Source: Mobula hypostoma (taxonomy: Eukaryota). From it: a stretch of 64,000 nt of DNA. The notes below the pieces were generated by a model. That model did not search any database, had not been told where the DNA came from, and saw only the letters and a list, made by a program, of their open reading frames with translations. The stretch is from contig NC_086101.1 of NCBI RefSeq assembly GCF_963921235.1, forward strand, positions 6,884,001 through 6,948,000, in the 5' to 3' direction. Numbering within the stretch: position 1 is the stretch's first letter; each line of letters opens with the position of its first letter. Shown piece after piece: positions 38,971 to 52,289 of the stretch. The position numbers were made by a program, and so were the translations under genes.

Positions 38971-39611
38971 TAATGCTGACTTCATTAAAACCTGTGTGGA
39001 TGAGTGTGCCTATTAAAATTTGCTGTACATTTCCAAACCAAAAGCAATGGATGAACCAGGAGGCATGTCGTCTGCTGAGGGCTACATCTGTGGTATCTGA
39101 GTCTTGCAACCCAGATCTGTACAAGAAATCCAGGTATGACTTGTGGAGATTTATTTCGCAAGCAAAGAAACAATTCCGAGCAAGGTTGTAGGCAATATCG
39201 GATGCACGTCAGCTCTGGCCGGGTTCGCAGGACATTACTTCTTACAAAGCGAAATCCAATAGTATGAATGGCACTGATGCTTCACTACCAGATGAGCTCA
39301 ACGCCTTCTATGCCCGCGTTGAAAGGGAGAATATAACCACAGTTGTGAAGATCCATGATGCACCTGGTGACTCTGTGATCTCCGTCTTGGAGGCCGATGT
39401 CAGGCTGGCTCTCAGGAGCGAGAGCCCTCACAAGGCAGCGGGTCCCATTGCACTCCCTGTTCATGCTCTGAAAACCTGTGCCAACCAACTGGCAGGTACA
39501 TTTTCAACCTCTCATTGCTGTGGTGCAAAGTTTCCACCTACTTCAAAAGGGCAATAATTATACCAGTGTCCAAGAAGAGTAGTGTGAGCTGCCTTAATGA
39601 CTACCATCTCA

Positions 39612-39862
39612 AATGTCAGTCTGTCTCAAGCCTTGTGCTTATGCCGGTTTCTGTGGCTTGAAGCGATTGAGAGTACGGAGAGAGACTCCTCCTCTCCGCC
39701 CCCCACCGGATGAGATGCCAGTCTATCGTGAGGTTAACCCCCAGCATTTTCTGGTACCCATTTTTCAGCTGGGTGGACTGGAGTAGTGTGTGGTTAAGTG
39801 CCTTGCTCAAAGACACAACACGCTGCCTTGGCCGAGACTCGAACCCACGACCTTCAGATCTT
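39612..39862 (-). mobile_element. tRNA-derived SINE with CORE/Nin-like central domain
   Basis: The reverse complement has B-box GGTTCGAGTC, then GTGTCTTTGAGCAAGGCACTTAACC and CCAGTCCACCCAGCTG...ATGGGTACC. It interrupts the Rex RT at NDY|ALTS. Confidence 0.65.
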
Positions 39863-41121
39863 GAGCACTCACATCTACAGTGATGAAATGCTTTGAGAGG
39901 TTGGTCATGGCTAGATTCAACTCCTGCCTCAGCAAGGACCTGGGCCCACTGCAATTTGCCTATCGCCAGAATAAGTCTACAGAAGACACAATCTCAATGG
40001 CTCCTCACATGGCCTTGGATCACCTGGACAATACAAATATCTATGTCAGGATGCTGTTCATTGACTGTAGCTCTGCGTTTAACACCATCATTCCTACAGC
40101 CCTGATCAATCAGCTGCGGAACCTGAGCCTCTGTATCTCCCCCTGCATTTGGATCATTGACTTCCAAACTGGAGGACCACAATATGTGCTGATTGGTAAT
40201 AATATCTCCACCTCGCTGATGATCAAGGCTGGCACAGAACAGGGATGTGTGCTCAACCCACAACTCTACTTTCTCTGTGTGGCTGGGTATAGCTCAAATG
40301 CCATCTATAAATTTGCTGATGATAGAACCATTGCTGGCAGAATCTCAGGTGGTGACGAGAGGGCGAACAGGAACGAGATATTCCAGCTGGTTGAGTGGAG
40401 TCACAGCAACAACCTTGCACTCACCGTCAGTAATACCAAAGAACTGATTGTGGATTTCAGAACGGGTAGGACGAGGGAACATGAACCAATCCTTATAGAG
40501 GGATCAGAAGTGGAGAGAGTGAGCAATTTTACGTTCCTGGCTGTCAAGATCCCTGAAGATCTAATCTGGTCTAACCAGAAGAACAGCTATCTTTCATTAG
40601 GAGTTTGAGGAGATTTGGTTTGTCACCTAAAACAGTGGAAAACTTCTATAGATGTACCATGGAGAGCATTCTGACAAGCGGCATCACTGTCTGGTTTGGG
40701 GAAGGTGCGGGGGGTGCGACTGCACAGGTTCAAAAGAAGCTACATAAACTTGTAAGATTAGTCAGCTCCATCTTGGGTACTAGCCTCCATGGTATTCAAA
40801 ACACCTTCAAGGAGCGGTGCCTCAGAAAGGACCCCCAACACTCAGGACATGCCCTCTTCTCCTTGTTACCATCAGGAAGGAGGTACAGAATCCTGAAGGC
40901 ACACACTCAGCGATTCACGAACAATTTCTTCCCCTCTGCCATCCGGTTCCTAAATGGACATTGAACATTACCTCAGTTTTTAATCTTTGCATTTGCAATA
41001 TTTTAATTTAACTGTTTAATACAGATATATACTCTCTGTTACAGATGTTTTTTTTTTCTATATTGTCATGTATTGCATTGTACTGCTGCCGCTAAGGTAC
41101 AAATTTTATGACGTATGCCGG

Positions 41122-42178
41122 TGACCTGGACCTCTGTACCTCCCTCTGCAATTGGATCCTCGACTTCCCAGCTGGAAGATCACAGTCTGTGCGGATCGGT
41201 GACAATATCTCCTCCTCACTGAGGATCAACACTGATGCAACTCAGGGATGTGTGCTTAGCCCACTGCTCTACTGTTCTATACCAATGACAGTGTGACTAG
41301 GCATAGCTCAAACAGCAATTATAAATTTGCTGATGATACAACCATTGTTTGTAGAATCTCAGATGGAGTCGAGAAGGCGTACAGGAGCAAGATATACCAC
41401 AACTAGTGGAGTGGTGTCGCAACAACCTTGCACTCAACGTCACTCAGTCAGGTGAAAAAGCTGATTGTGGACTTCAGGAGGGGTAAGACGAAGGAACACA
41501 TACAAATCCTCATGGAGGCATCAGAAGTGGAGAGAGTGAGCAATTTCAAGTTCCTGGGTGTCAAGATCTCTGAGGACCTAGCCGGTGCCAACATATCGAT
41601 GCCGCTATAAGGAAGGCAAGACAGCGGCTATACTTCATTAGGGGTTTGAAGAGATTTCGTATGTCAACAAATACACTCAAATACTTCTATAGATGTACCA
41701 TGGAGAGCATTCTGACAGGCTGCATCACTCTCTGGTATGTGGGGTGGCTACTGCACAGGACCAAAAGAAGCTGCAGAGGGTCGTAAATATAGTCGGCTTC
41801 ATCTTGGGTACTAGCCTACAGAATACCTAGGCCATCTTCAAGGAGCGTTGTCTCAGAAAGGCAGCGTCCATTATCGAGGACGGCCAGCACCCGGGACATG
41901 CCCTTTTCTCACTGTTACCATCAGGCAGGAGGCACAGACTCAGAGATTCAGAAACAGCTTCTTCCCCTCTGTTATCCGATTGCTAAATGGACATTGACCC
42001 CGTGAATACTACCTCACTTTTTTAATATAATTGCTTTGCACGATTTTTCATCGATTCAATATACATATACTGCAATTGTATTACTTATTCACTCACTTAT
42101 TAGTTCTTGTTCTTCTATATTATGTATTGCATTGAACTGCTGCTGCTAAGCTAATACAAGCTGCTTTGATTCTGATTC
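41122..42178 (+). mobile_element. Rex1/Babar RT 3' fragment
   Basis: SLCNWILDF...[16 protein letters not shown]...ERVSNFKFLGV; tail TTGATTCTGATTC. Confidence 0.85.
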
Positions 42179-42789
42179 CTTCCTCGGTTTAGCGATCTGT
42201 CGATGTACGAGTGGGCCACAAGTACCTCACTTCGACTTTCTTTTGGGCAGTCGGCGGGCAGTAAATGTTGGCCCTGCGACCGTTGCCCACATTCCAGCCG
42301 AGTTACAGCATTGTGTTTCTGCTCTTCCTGCAGTACCGGTTTCCAGCAGCAGGTGGCGGTCCTGCACCGTGAAACTTTAATGAGAAAATCTGCAGATGCT
42401 GGAAATAGTTAATCTCTCCCTCTCCCAGTGTAGAGTACAGTAGATTCGATTCAACTTTATTGTCATTGTGCCGAGCACAGATACAAAGCCAATGAAATGC
42501 ATTTAACATCTGTCTAGAAATGCAAAGAATAGTGTTATTTACAAAATAACTGTGAATACAGAAGTGCTACAGTACACAGATATAAAAGTACCGAGACAGT
42601 ACAATACAGATGCAATACTGTTTAGCGCCGTGATGAGAGGTTCAGCAGTGTCACAGCCTCAGGGAAGAAGCTCTTCCTGTGGCTGCTGGTGCGGAAGGGA
42701 GACTACCGTATGGCAGGAGAGTAAAAAGTCTATGGTCAGGGTGAGATGCATCCCTGATAATGCTTTTCACCCTGCCCAGGCAGAGTTTA

Positions 42790-45780
42790 GACCATAAGAC
42801 CATAAGACAAAGGAGCAGAAGTCGGCCATTCGGCCCATCGACTGCTCCGCCATTTTATCATGAGCTGATCCATTTTATCCTATTTAGTCCCACTGTCCCG
42901 CCTTCTCACCGTAACCTTTGATGCCCTGGCTACTCAGATACCTATCAATCTCTGCCTTAAATACACCCAATGACTTGGCCTCCACTGCTGCCCGTGGCAA
43001 CAAATTCCATAGATTCACTACCCTCTAACTAAAAAAAAAATTTCGCATTTCTGTTCTGAAAGGGCGCCCTTCAATCCTGAAGTCATGCCCTCTTGTACTA
43101 GACTCCCCCATCATGGGAAACAACTTTGCCACATCCACTCTGTCCATGTCTTTTAACATTCGAAATGTTTCTATGAGGTCTCCCCTCATTCTTCTAAACT
43201 CCAATGAATACAGTCCAAGAGCGGACAAACGTTCCTCATATGTTACCCCTCTCATTCCCGGAATCATTCTAGTGAATCTTCTCTGTACCCTCTCCAACGT
43301 CAGCACATCCCTTCTTAAATAAGGAGACCAAAACTTCCCACAGTATTCCAAGTGAGGTCTCACCAGCGCCTTATACAGCCTCAACATTAGAACCCTGCTC
43401 CTATACTCTATTCCTCTAGAAATGAATGCCAACATTGCATTCGCCTTCTTCACTACCGACTCAACCTGGTTAACTTTAAGGGAATCCTGTACGAGGACTC
43501 CCAAGTCCCGTTGCATCTCAGAACTTTGAATTCTTTCCCCATTTAACTAATAGTCATCCCGTTTATTTTTTCTGCCAAAGTGCATAACCATACACTTTCC
43601 AACATTGTACTTCATTTGCCACTTCTCTGCCCATTCTTCCAATCTATCCAAGTCTCTCTGCAGACTCTCCGTTTCCTCAGCACTAGCGGCCCCTCCACCT
43701 ATCTTCGTATCGTCAGCAAACTTAGCCACAAAGCCATCTATTCCATAATCCAAATCGTTGATGTACAATGTAAAAAGAAGCGGCCCCAACACTGATCCCT
43801 GCGGAACACCACTGGTAACTGGCAGCCAACCAGAATAGGATCCCTTTATTCCCACTCTCTGTTTCCTGCCAATCAGACAACGCTCTATCCTGTAACTTTC
43901 CTGTAATTCCATGGGCTCTTATCTTGTTAACCAGCTTCATGTGTGGCACCTTGTCAAAGGCCTTCTGAAAATCAAAATACACAACATCCACTGCATCTCC
44001 CTTGTCTAGCCTACTGGTAATTTCCTCAAAAAATTGTAATAGATTTGTCAAGCAGGATTTTCCTTTAAGGAATCCATGCTGAGTTCTGCCTATCTTGTCA
44101 TATGCCTCCGGGTACTCTGTAACCTCATCCTTGACAATCGACTCCAACAACTTCCCAACCACCGATGTCAAGCTAACAGGTCTATAATTTCCATTTTGCT
44201 TCCTTGCCCCCTTCTGAAATAGTGGAGTGACATTTGCAATCTTCCAGTCTTCCGGAACCATGCCAGAATCTATCGACTTTTGAAAGATCATCGCTAATGC
44301 CTCCGCAATCTGCACAGCTACTTCCTTCAGAACAAGAGGGTGCATTCCATCTGGTCCAGGTGATTTATCTACCTTTAGCCTATTCAGCTTCCTGAATACT
44401 TTTTCTGTCGTAATTGTGACTGCGCACACTTCTCTTCCCTGCCACCCTTGAGTGTCCGGTATCCTGCTGTCTTCCTCAGTGAAGACTGATGCAAAATACT
44501 TGTTCAGTTCCTCTGCCATCTCCTCATCTCCCATTACAATTTCTCCAGTATCATTTTCTATCGGTCTTCTATCTACTCTCACCTGTCTTTTACTCTTTAT
44601 ATACTTGAAAAAGCTTTTAGTATCCTCTTTGATATTATTTGCTAGTTTCTTTTCATAGTTAATCTTTTCTCTCTTAATGACCTTCTTGGTTTCCTTTTGT
44701 AAGATTTTAAAGACTTCCCAATCCTCTGTCTTCCCACTAATTTTTGCCTCCTTGTATGCCCTCTCCTTAGCTTTAATTTTGGCTTTGACTTCTCTTGTCA
44801 ACCATGGTTGCATTCTTTTTCCACTCGAAAATTTCTTCTTTTTTGGAATATACCCGTCTTGCACATTCCTCATTTCTCGCATAAACTCCAGATACTGCTG
44901 CTCTGCCGTCTTTCCCGCCAGTGTCTCTTTCCAGTCAACTTTGGCCAGTTCCTCTCTCATGCCACTGTAGTTTCCTTTACTCCACAGAAACACCGACACA
45001 TCAGATTTCGGCTTCTCTTTTTCTAATTTCACAGTGAACTCAATCATGTTATGATCACTGCCTCCTAAGGGTTCCTTCACCTCAATCTCTCCAATCACCT
45101 CCGGTTCATTACACAATATCCAATCCAGTACATCCGATCCCCTAGTAGGCTCAACAACAAGCTGTTCTAAAAAGCCATCTCGCAGACATTCTACAAATTC
45201 TCTCTCTTGAGATCCAGTGCTGACCTGATTTTTCCAATCTACTCGCATGTTAAAATCCCCCACAATTATCATAACACTGCCCTTCTGACAAGCCTTTCCT
45301 ATTTCCAGTTGTAATTTGTAGTCCACATCCCTGCAGCTGTTTGGATGCCTATAAATAACTGCCATCAGGGTCCTTTTACCCCTGCTGTTCCTTAGCTCAA
45401 CCATAAAGATTCTGCACCTTCCGATCCTATATCACCTCTTTCTAATGATTTAATATCATTTCTTACCAATAAAGCCACGCCTACCCCTCTGCCTACCTTC
45501 CTATCCTTCCGATACACCGTGTATCCTTGGACGTTCAGCTCCCAGAGACATGCATCCTTTAGCAAGGTCTCAGTGATGGCCACAATATTATACCTGCCAA
45601 TCTGTAGCTGTACGACAAGATCATCCACCTTATTTCTTATGCTGCGTGCACTTAAGTACAACATCTTAAGACCAGTATTTGATACTTTTTGCTTTGACTT
45701 CACTGCAACTTTATTGCACTGCAAATCATCCCAATGGCTACACATTTGCCCCATCACCTGCCTGTCTTTCCTGACATCTT
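42790..45780 (-). mobile_element. CR1 LINE, most of ORF2, frameshifted
   Basis: ORFs 43722-45404 (APE plus RT), 43547-43912 (FADD) and 43025-43516. AGACCATAAGACCATAAGAC tail at about 42790. Confidence 0.92.
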
Positions 45781-46705
45781 TATGGTAGATGTTCTCAATG
45801 GTGGGGAATTGGGTGCCGATAATCCGCTGAGCAGTTTTCACCACATGCTGGAGTGCTTTGCAGTCCGATACGGGACTATTGCCGTACCAACTGAGATACA
45901 TTTGGTGAGCATGCTCTCGATAGTACAGCGGTAAAAGTCCTTCAGTATCCTGGGACAATGGTGAGCATTCTTCATCCTCTGCAGGAATTAAAGGCGCTGT
46001 TGTGCCTTTTTGATCAGGATGCAGGAGTTCAGGGACTAGGTAAGATCAGAAATGTGGACACCAAGGAATTTGAAGCTTGATACACGCTCCACTACAGTTC
46101 TGTTGATGTAGATGGGGACGTGAGTATGACCCCTGGCATGCCTGAAGTCCACAATGATCTCCTTGGCCTCCTGGGTGTTAAGGGCCAGACTGATGTTGGT
46201 ACACCATGCAGCCAGGTGCTGGACCTCATCCCTGTAGGTCATCTCGTCATCCCCTCTGATCAGACCAACCACCGTGGTGTTGTCTGCGAACTTGATTATG
46301 GAGTTAGAACCATGTACAGGAGCGCAGTCATAGATGAAAAGGGAGTACAGAAGAGGGCTCAGCACACAGCCTTGAGGCACGCGGGTGTTCAGGGTGAGAG
46401 TGGAGGAGGAGAGCTTGTCTAACTGAACTGATTGGAGTCTGTTAGTCAGAAAATCCAAGGTCCAGTTGCAGAGGGATGAGCTGATACCAAGCTGGCGAAG
46501 TTTGGCGATCAGCTTGGAGGGGATCACAGTATTGAATGCCGAACTAAAGTCAATGAACAGCATTCTGACGTAAGAGTTGGGAATGTCCAGGTGGGTCAGG
46601 GCTGAGTGAAGTGCCATGGAGATGGCATCCTCTGTTGACCTGTTGGTGCAAAAGGCAAATTGATGGGCTCCAGGGTAGAGGGCAGACAGGATTTCAGATG
46701 TGATA
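45780..46705 (-). mobile_element. Rex1/Babar RT fragment
   Basis: ORF 46036-46719 reads NRSTEDAI...[16 protein letters not shown]...[13 protein letters not shown]...IKFADN. Confidence 0.88.
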
Positions 46706-46714
46706 GAACTGTAC

Positions 46715-47975
46715 TGCACCTTCCTGCTTCAAATTATCCTCCATTGTCCCTGTACCAAACAAGACCAAGGTAACATGCCAGAACAACTGACATCCTGTTG
46801 CACTCACCTCAATAATAAGCAAATGCTTTGAGAGGCTGGTCAAGGATTACATCTGCAACATCCACATTGGACCCCCTACAATAGCCACTGCTCTACATAC
46901 CATCCTTACATATCTGGAGAAGAGGGATGCTTATCTGAGAATGCTGTTCTTGGACTACAGCATTCAACACCATAATTCCCTCCAGGCTTGACAGGAAGCT
47001 CAGAGACCTCGGCCTTGACCCTGCCTTGTGCAGCTGGATCCTGGACTTCCTTTCAGATCGCCAGCAGGTGTTAAGAGTGGGCTCCCTCACCTCCACCCCT
47101 CTGACTCTCAATACACGAGCTCCTCAGGGCTGTGTTGCCACCCACAGCTCTAATCTGCTGATTAAATTTGCCGACGACACTATATTGATTGGCCTAATCT
47201 CAAACAATAATGAGGTGGCCTACAGGGAAGAAGTCATCACCCTGACACAGTGGTGTCAAGAAAACAACCTCTCCCTCAATGTCGCAAAAACAAAGGAGCT
47301 AGTTGTGGATTACAGGAGGAAAGGAGACGGGCTAGCCCATATTGACATCAATGGATCTGGGTTTGAGGGGGTGAACAGCTTCAAGTTCTTCGGCATCCAT
47401 ATCACCGAGGACCTCACGTGGTCTGTACACACCAGCTGTGTGGTGAAAAAGGCACGACAGCACCTCTTTCACCTCAGACGGTTGAGGAAGTTCGATATGG
47501 GTCCCCAGATCCTAAGAACTTTCTATAGGGGCACAATTGAGAGCATCCTGACTGGTATGGGAACTGTACCTCCCTTAATCGCAGGATTCTGCAGAAAGTG
47601 GTGTCGACAGCCCAGCATATCTGTACTTGGAAACTTCCCATGATTCAGGACATTTACAAAGACAGGTGTGTAAAAAGGGCCCGTAGGCTCATTGGGGACC
47701 CAAGACACCCCAACCACAATCTATTCCAGCTGCTACCATCCAGGAAATGGTACCGCAGCATTAAAGCCAGGACCAACAGGCTCCGGGACAGCTTCTTCCA
47801 GCAGGCCATCAGACTGATTAACTCACACTGATCTGGGTGTATTCCTATGATATACTGACTGTTCTATTTATTATAAATTACTATGATTGCACATTTAGAT
47901 GGAGAGGTAATATAAAGATTTTTACTCCTCATGTATGTGAAGGATGTAAGAAATAAAGTCAATTCAATTCAATCC
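46715..47975 (+). mobile_element. Rex1/Babar RT 3' fragment
   Basis: ORFs 47026-47643 (WILDFL, KFADDT, KTKELVVD) and 47598-47831. Tail AATAAAGTCAATTCAATTCAAT. Confidence 0.85.
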
Positions 47976-47977
47976 AA

Positions 47978-49035
47978 GCAACACACACAAAATGCTGGAG
48001 GAACTCAGCAGGGCAGGCAGCATCTACGAGAAAAAGTACAGTCGTTTTTCAGGCCAAAGCTCTTCAGCAGGACTGGAGAAAAAAAGATGAGGAATCACAG
48101 TTAAAAGGTGGGGGGGGGGGGGGTGGAGAACACGAGGTGATCGGTGAAACCGGAAGCTGGGAAGTTGATTGGGTGAAAGAGATCCAGGACTGGGGAAGGG
48201 TGAGTCCTACAGGAGAAAACAGAAGGTCATGGAAGAAAAGTGGGAGGAGCACCAGAGGGAGGCGATGGGCAGGCAAGGAGATAAAGTGAGAGAGGGAAAA
48301 GGGCATGGGGAATGGTGAAGGAGGGGCGGCCATTACTGGAAGTTCGATTAGTCGACGTTCATGCCATCAGGTAGGAGGCTACCCAGACGGAATATAAGAT
48401 ATTGCTCCTCCAACTGAGTGTGGCCTCATCGCGACAGTAGAGGAGGCCCTCGATGGACATATAGGAGTAGGCAGTGGAATTTAAATGGGTGGCTACTGGG
48501 AGAATCAGCTTTCTCTGGTGTTTGATGAAGCTGACTCCCAATCTACGTCAGATCTCACTGATATACAGAAGGCCACACCAGGAGCACCGAACACAGTATA
48601 TGACCGCACCTGACACACAGGTGAAGTGTCGCCTCACCTGGAAGTGCCAGGAGGGAGTTCAGTAGGATGGAACGAATGGATAAGGAAGTCATGTAGGGAG
48701 TGATTCCTGCTGAAAGCAGAAAGTGGGGGAGAGGGAAAGATGTGCTTGGTGGTGGGATCCTGTTGGACATGGTGGAAATTACAGAAATTATTAAGAGTGA
48801 GGACAGATTCTGCGAGATGAAGGAGAGTGATTGTGGACGGGAACTGGTTGGGACGGGTGTCCAGAAAGAAACAGAGAGTTTGAGGCCTTCCTGCTGGTGG
48901 ATGGAGGTGTACAGGGACTGGACATCCATACTGAAAATAAGATGATCGGGGCCAGGGAACTTGAAATCATTGAAAAGATCCGGAGCGAGTGAAGTCACTG
49001 AGGGTTCACTCCATCCTGAGACAGTGACCCCTGAC
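47978..49035 (-). mobile_element. Penelope-like element remnant (RT plus GIY-YIG plus terminal repeat), internally deleted
   Basis: FKFPGPDHLIFSMDVQSLYTSI (PLE RT) and LPVATHLNST...GLLYCRDEAT (GIY-YIG region). The terminal repeat with a decayed hammerhead is at about 48040-48075. Confidence 0.8.
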
Positions 49036-49179
49036 ACTCAACCCCTCAGACAGGAGAAACGTCCTCCCTGTATCCTGTCTGTTGAGCCCCGAAAGAGCTT
49101 TGTGTTTCCCTGAGATCTCCTCTCATTCTTCTAAACGGGGAACAGAGAACAGTACACTGCAGGAACAGGCACAGAAACT

Positions 49180-49640
49180 GAAATTGCTCATGTGTTGGAT
49201 GGTGAAGTCTGTCTAAAGTTACAACAGGACCTCAATCAACTGGGAATCTGAGCAATGGAATGGCAGAAAGAATTTAACACAGAAATGTACAAAGTGACAC
49301 ATTTTGGGAAGTTAAAACCAGGACAGAATGTACACATTGAATGTCAAGGCCCTGGGGAGTGTTGTAGAATAGAAATACCCAGGGGAACAAGTACATAGTT
49401 CCTGAGAGTAGAGACACAGGTAGACAGTGTAGTGAAGAAGGTGTCTGGTACGCTGGACTTCATTAATCAGGGCATTAAGTACATGAGATGGTTTGTCATG
49501 TTACAGCTGTACAAGACATTGGTGAGACCACACTCAGAGAACTGGGTGCAGTTCTGGTCACCGAGCTGCAGAAAGGATGACATTCAGCTGGAATGTGTGC
49601 AGACAAGATTCACAGGAATGTTACCGGGGCTCAAGGGCTT
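49180..49640 (+). mobile_element. Old CR1 RT fragment
   Basis: ORF 49432-49704 reads LQLYKTLVRPHSE.WVQFWSP. Confidence 0.7.
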
Positions 49641-51120
49641 CAGGAGAATCTGGATCAACCTTTGCATCCAAAACTCTATCCATGTCTCTCTTCAACATAG
49701 CTAATGTGTAAATGTGCAGAGCCCTGTTAGATTATGAGCTGGGCAAATACATTTATTCACCTCTGAATGGTCGTCCCCTCACTGTGTCTCCTCATCCTGA
49801 CACCCCCGTTACCAGAAACATCATCCCTGCATCTACCTGGGGAGCCTGGAGCAAGTCTCAGACTCTCTCTCTGTCACCACTATACACAAATACACACAGG
49901 GGGCCACACCATTTACATTTCTCCATTGCGTCAATGACCAACACAGTCTGCCCGAGGATTGTGCTGGGATCAGCCTGCATGTGTTGCTACACCTCCGGCT
50001 CCAAAATATCATGTCCACATCTCTCTAACCTTCACCGTCCCTCTCCGGGTAGTTCCAACCTGAACATCGATTTCTCTAATGGTCCACTCCCCTCTCCGAG
50101 CACATTCCTTCTTCTTCATCCCCCTTCCGGAGGAAATTACACTGCACTCCCATTTTTCCTTGAATCAGATGCTGGAAGAACTAAAACAAAACAGAAATTA
50201 TTTGAAACCCGCAACAGAGCAGGCAGTGTTTGAATCAATTCCGGGAGAGGTCACCGACGTGGAACGTGAAGCCTGTTCCTCTCTCCACAGATCCTGACCA
50301 ACCTGCTGAATTTTTCCTGCATTTCCTGAGTGTGAACTGGGTCCCAAAATGAACATCTGATTTAACGTAGAGATCCCGGCTCTATTTGTCTCATAAATTA
50401 TAGGAACAGCTGCCCATGTCCCGTCAGGTTGATCGTCAACCTGACAGCATCAACATTGAATTCTGAAACTTCTGGTCATCACTCCCTGTCAATTTTACTA
50501 TGTAAATGTCTCTCTCCTCCTGATCCATCAGCCCCATCACCCGACCACCTTAACTCCTCCTGCCCACCCTCTCCATCTGCCCATCACCCACACACTCCTC
50601 CCCACCTCCCTCCCTTTACTCCAGTCTCCACTTTCCTCTCCTGTCAGATTCCAAAATCTTCAGCCCTTTGTCACTGACCCCTCTCACCTCCCATTTCTGA
50701 CACATTTCCATCCCTCCCTCATCTATTACCCCTCACCTGGATCCACTCATCACCTGTCCATTTCCCTCCACAGATGTTACCTGACACTCTGGGAGATCCT
50801 GCCGCTTCGTGTGTTACCAACACTACATGTCCCGTGTTACCAAGATTCACCCTGACCTCCCTCTCCCAGTCAGCACCACCACCACTTGTCCCAGTTACCC
50901 GGTCAGTCCCGGTGGACTTTAGCACCCGGGGGAGCTGGGGAGCTCAGGACCCGCCGCCCGCGGCTGCTGCTGAATCCACGGTGTTTCTGTCCCGTTGACG
51001 GATGCGGTGAACAAGTTAAAATTAATGGATCGATAATTCTCACATCGTGTTTATTTCACTCTCTGCACATTTATATTTACACTGACTTTCTCCTGTCACC
51101 GGTCCCGGGACCCGACCCGT

Positions 51121-51653
51121 TTACAGACCCGGAGCGGAACCGGAGCAGATTCTCAGCCACTCGTTTTCATCCCAAGTCCCGAAGAAAGGATGAAGTTTCC
51201 CCATGAATTTATTCCCAGTGAAGGTGTGGAGATGGGACTTGGTCTCCGCGTTGTAAAATGAAACTGTCCCGGACTCGTAACGGAGATAAACTCCTACCCT
51301 CCCGGGGAAGGGACCAGCAGGGAGACGGGACTCAGGGGAGGTGAGAACCCACATCACATCATCAATCCGCGCGATGATCCAGAATCCGGTCTCCGGACTC
51401 GGTCGGACCCGTCTCTTCCTCTCCACAGACTCTGCGGCGACTCCCAGACTCCAGCGCCGATTCCCCGTCACCTCCACCTCCCAGTAATGTCTCCCCGATG
51501 TGAATCCCTCCAATCCCAGCACACAAACCCGGTCTGTGAACCTCTTCCCGGTGTCAGGGAGATCTCTCCGGGTCCCGGTCAGTCTCACACTCTTCCGATC
51601 CTCAGACACCTCGAGCCGCGGATGCGCCGTTTCGACATCCAGGGTGACAGAGA
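51121..51653 (-). CDS. TRIM-family gene, terminal exon encoding an intact B30.2 (PRY-SPRY) domain
   Basis: Acceptor ctctgcttctccccacAG, phase 1. Reads (V)SVTLDVETAHPRLEVSEDRKSV...GRHYWEVEV...RVGVYLRYESGTVSFYN...LRICSGSAPGL*, with no internal stops. Confidence 0.92.
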
Positions 51654-51829
51654 CTGTGGGGAGAAGCAGAGAATTAGAGAGTCCCCGGGGATCGGGGGCA
51701 GACTCAGGCAGCACGGCCCCGGGACCGGGGGAGAGGCTGCTAGGCCTCAGGCACAGTCGGGTGGCCGACAGGACCCTCTCCCGGAGTTTTACCAAAGCAC
51801 AGCGGATGGACAACCAGCATCTTCCCGCA

Positions 51830-52270
51830 TTTAGGTACAACACCTTGAGGACCGTATTTACTATTCTTTCTGATTCTGCATCCCTGATGTTTTGATACTC
51901 AGCCTGTTGGCTGCAACTGAGGCCCATCACATGCCTTCCCTTCCTGACAGTCTGACTGCACGCTGTCTTTACATTTTTACAATCCGTCCTATCCTGAGTC
52001 CCTTCACTCCGGCCCCTTCCTCCCACTACCAAATTAGTTTAAACCCTCCCCTACAAACCTGCCCACGAGAATATTGGTCCCCCTCGGGTTCAGATGCAAC
52101 CCATCACTTTTGAACAGGTCATACCTCCCCCAGGAGGATCCCAATGATCCAAGAACCTGAAGCCCTGTCCCTGCACCAGCTTCTCAGCCACACATTTATC
52201 TGCCAAATCATCCTGTTTCTACCCTCACTGGCGCGTGGCACAGGCAGCAATCCAGAAATTAGTACCCGGG
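51830..52270 (-). mobile_element. CR1 ORF1-end/ORF2-start fragment (intronic)
   Basis: LLPVPRASEGRNRMIWQINVWLRSWCR (ORF1 esterase) and LKVLYLNA (start of ORF2 APE). Confidence 0.75.
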
Positions 52271-52289
52271 AGATGCTAATTTCTGGATT

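Larger units (their letters stand above)
36240..41120 (+). mobile_element. Long degenerate Rex1/Babar LINE (APE plus RT), interrupted by a CR1 and a SINE
   Basis: NKIDNLRARVLYQRDIR..CVLCF.ESWL; YLPR..SAVILV..YIPP; TRGNNTLDHCY; LPDELNAFYAR; MKCFERLV...QFAYR...[15 protein letters not shown]...KFADD. Confidence 0.88.

Noticed and set aside
45392..45958. Rex/CR1 chimeric ORF
   Set aside because: It spans the boundary of two adjacent truncated LINEs. Nothing supports a functional fusion.
45780..47975. Head-to-head Rex fragments as a single twin-primed insertion
   Set aside because: Both cover the same RT region and differ substantially, so they are independent insertions.
51121..52032. 303-aa ORF appearing to fuse a CR1 ORF2 leader to B30.2
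   Set aside because: A strong acceptor at 51654 and in-frame upstream exons at 61795-62030 explain the B30.2 exon. The 5' extension is best read as chance read-through of intron and CR1 remnant.
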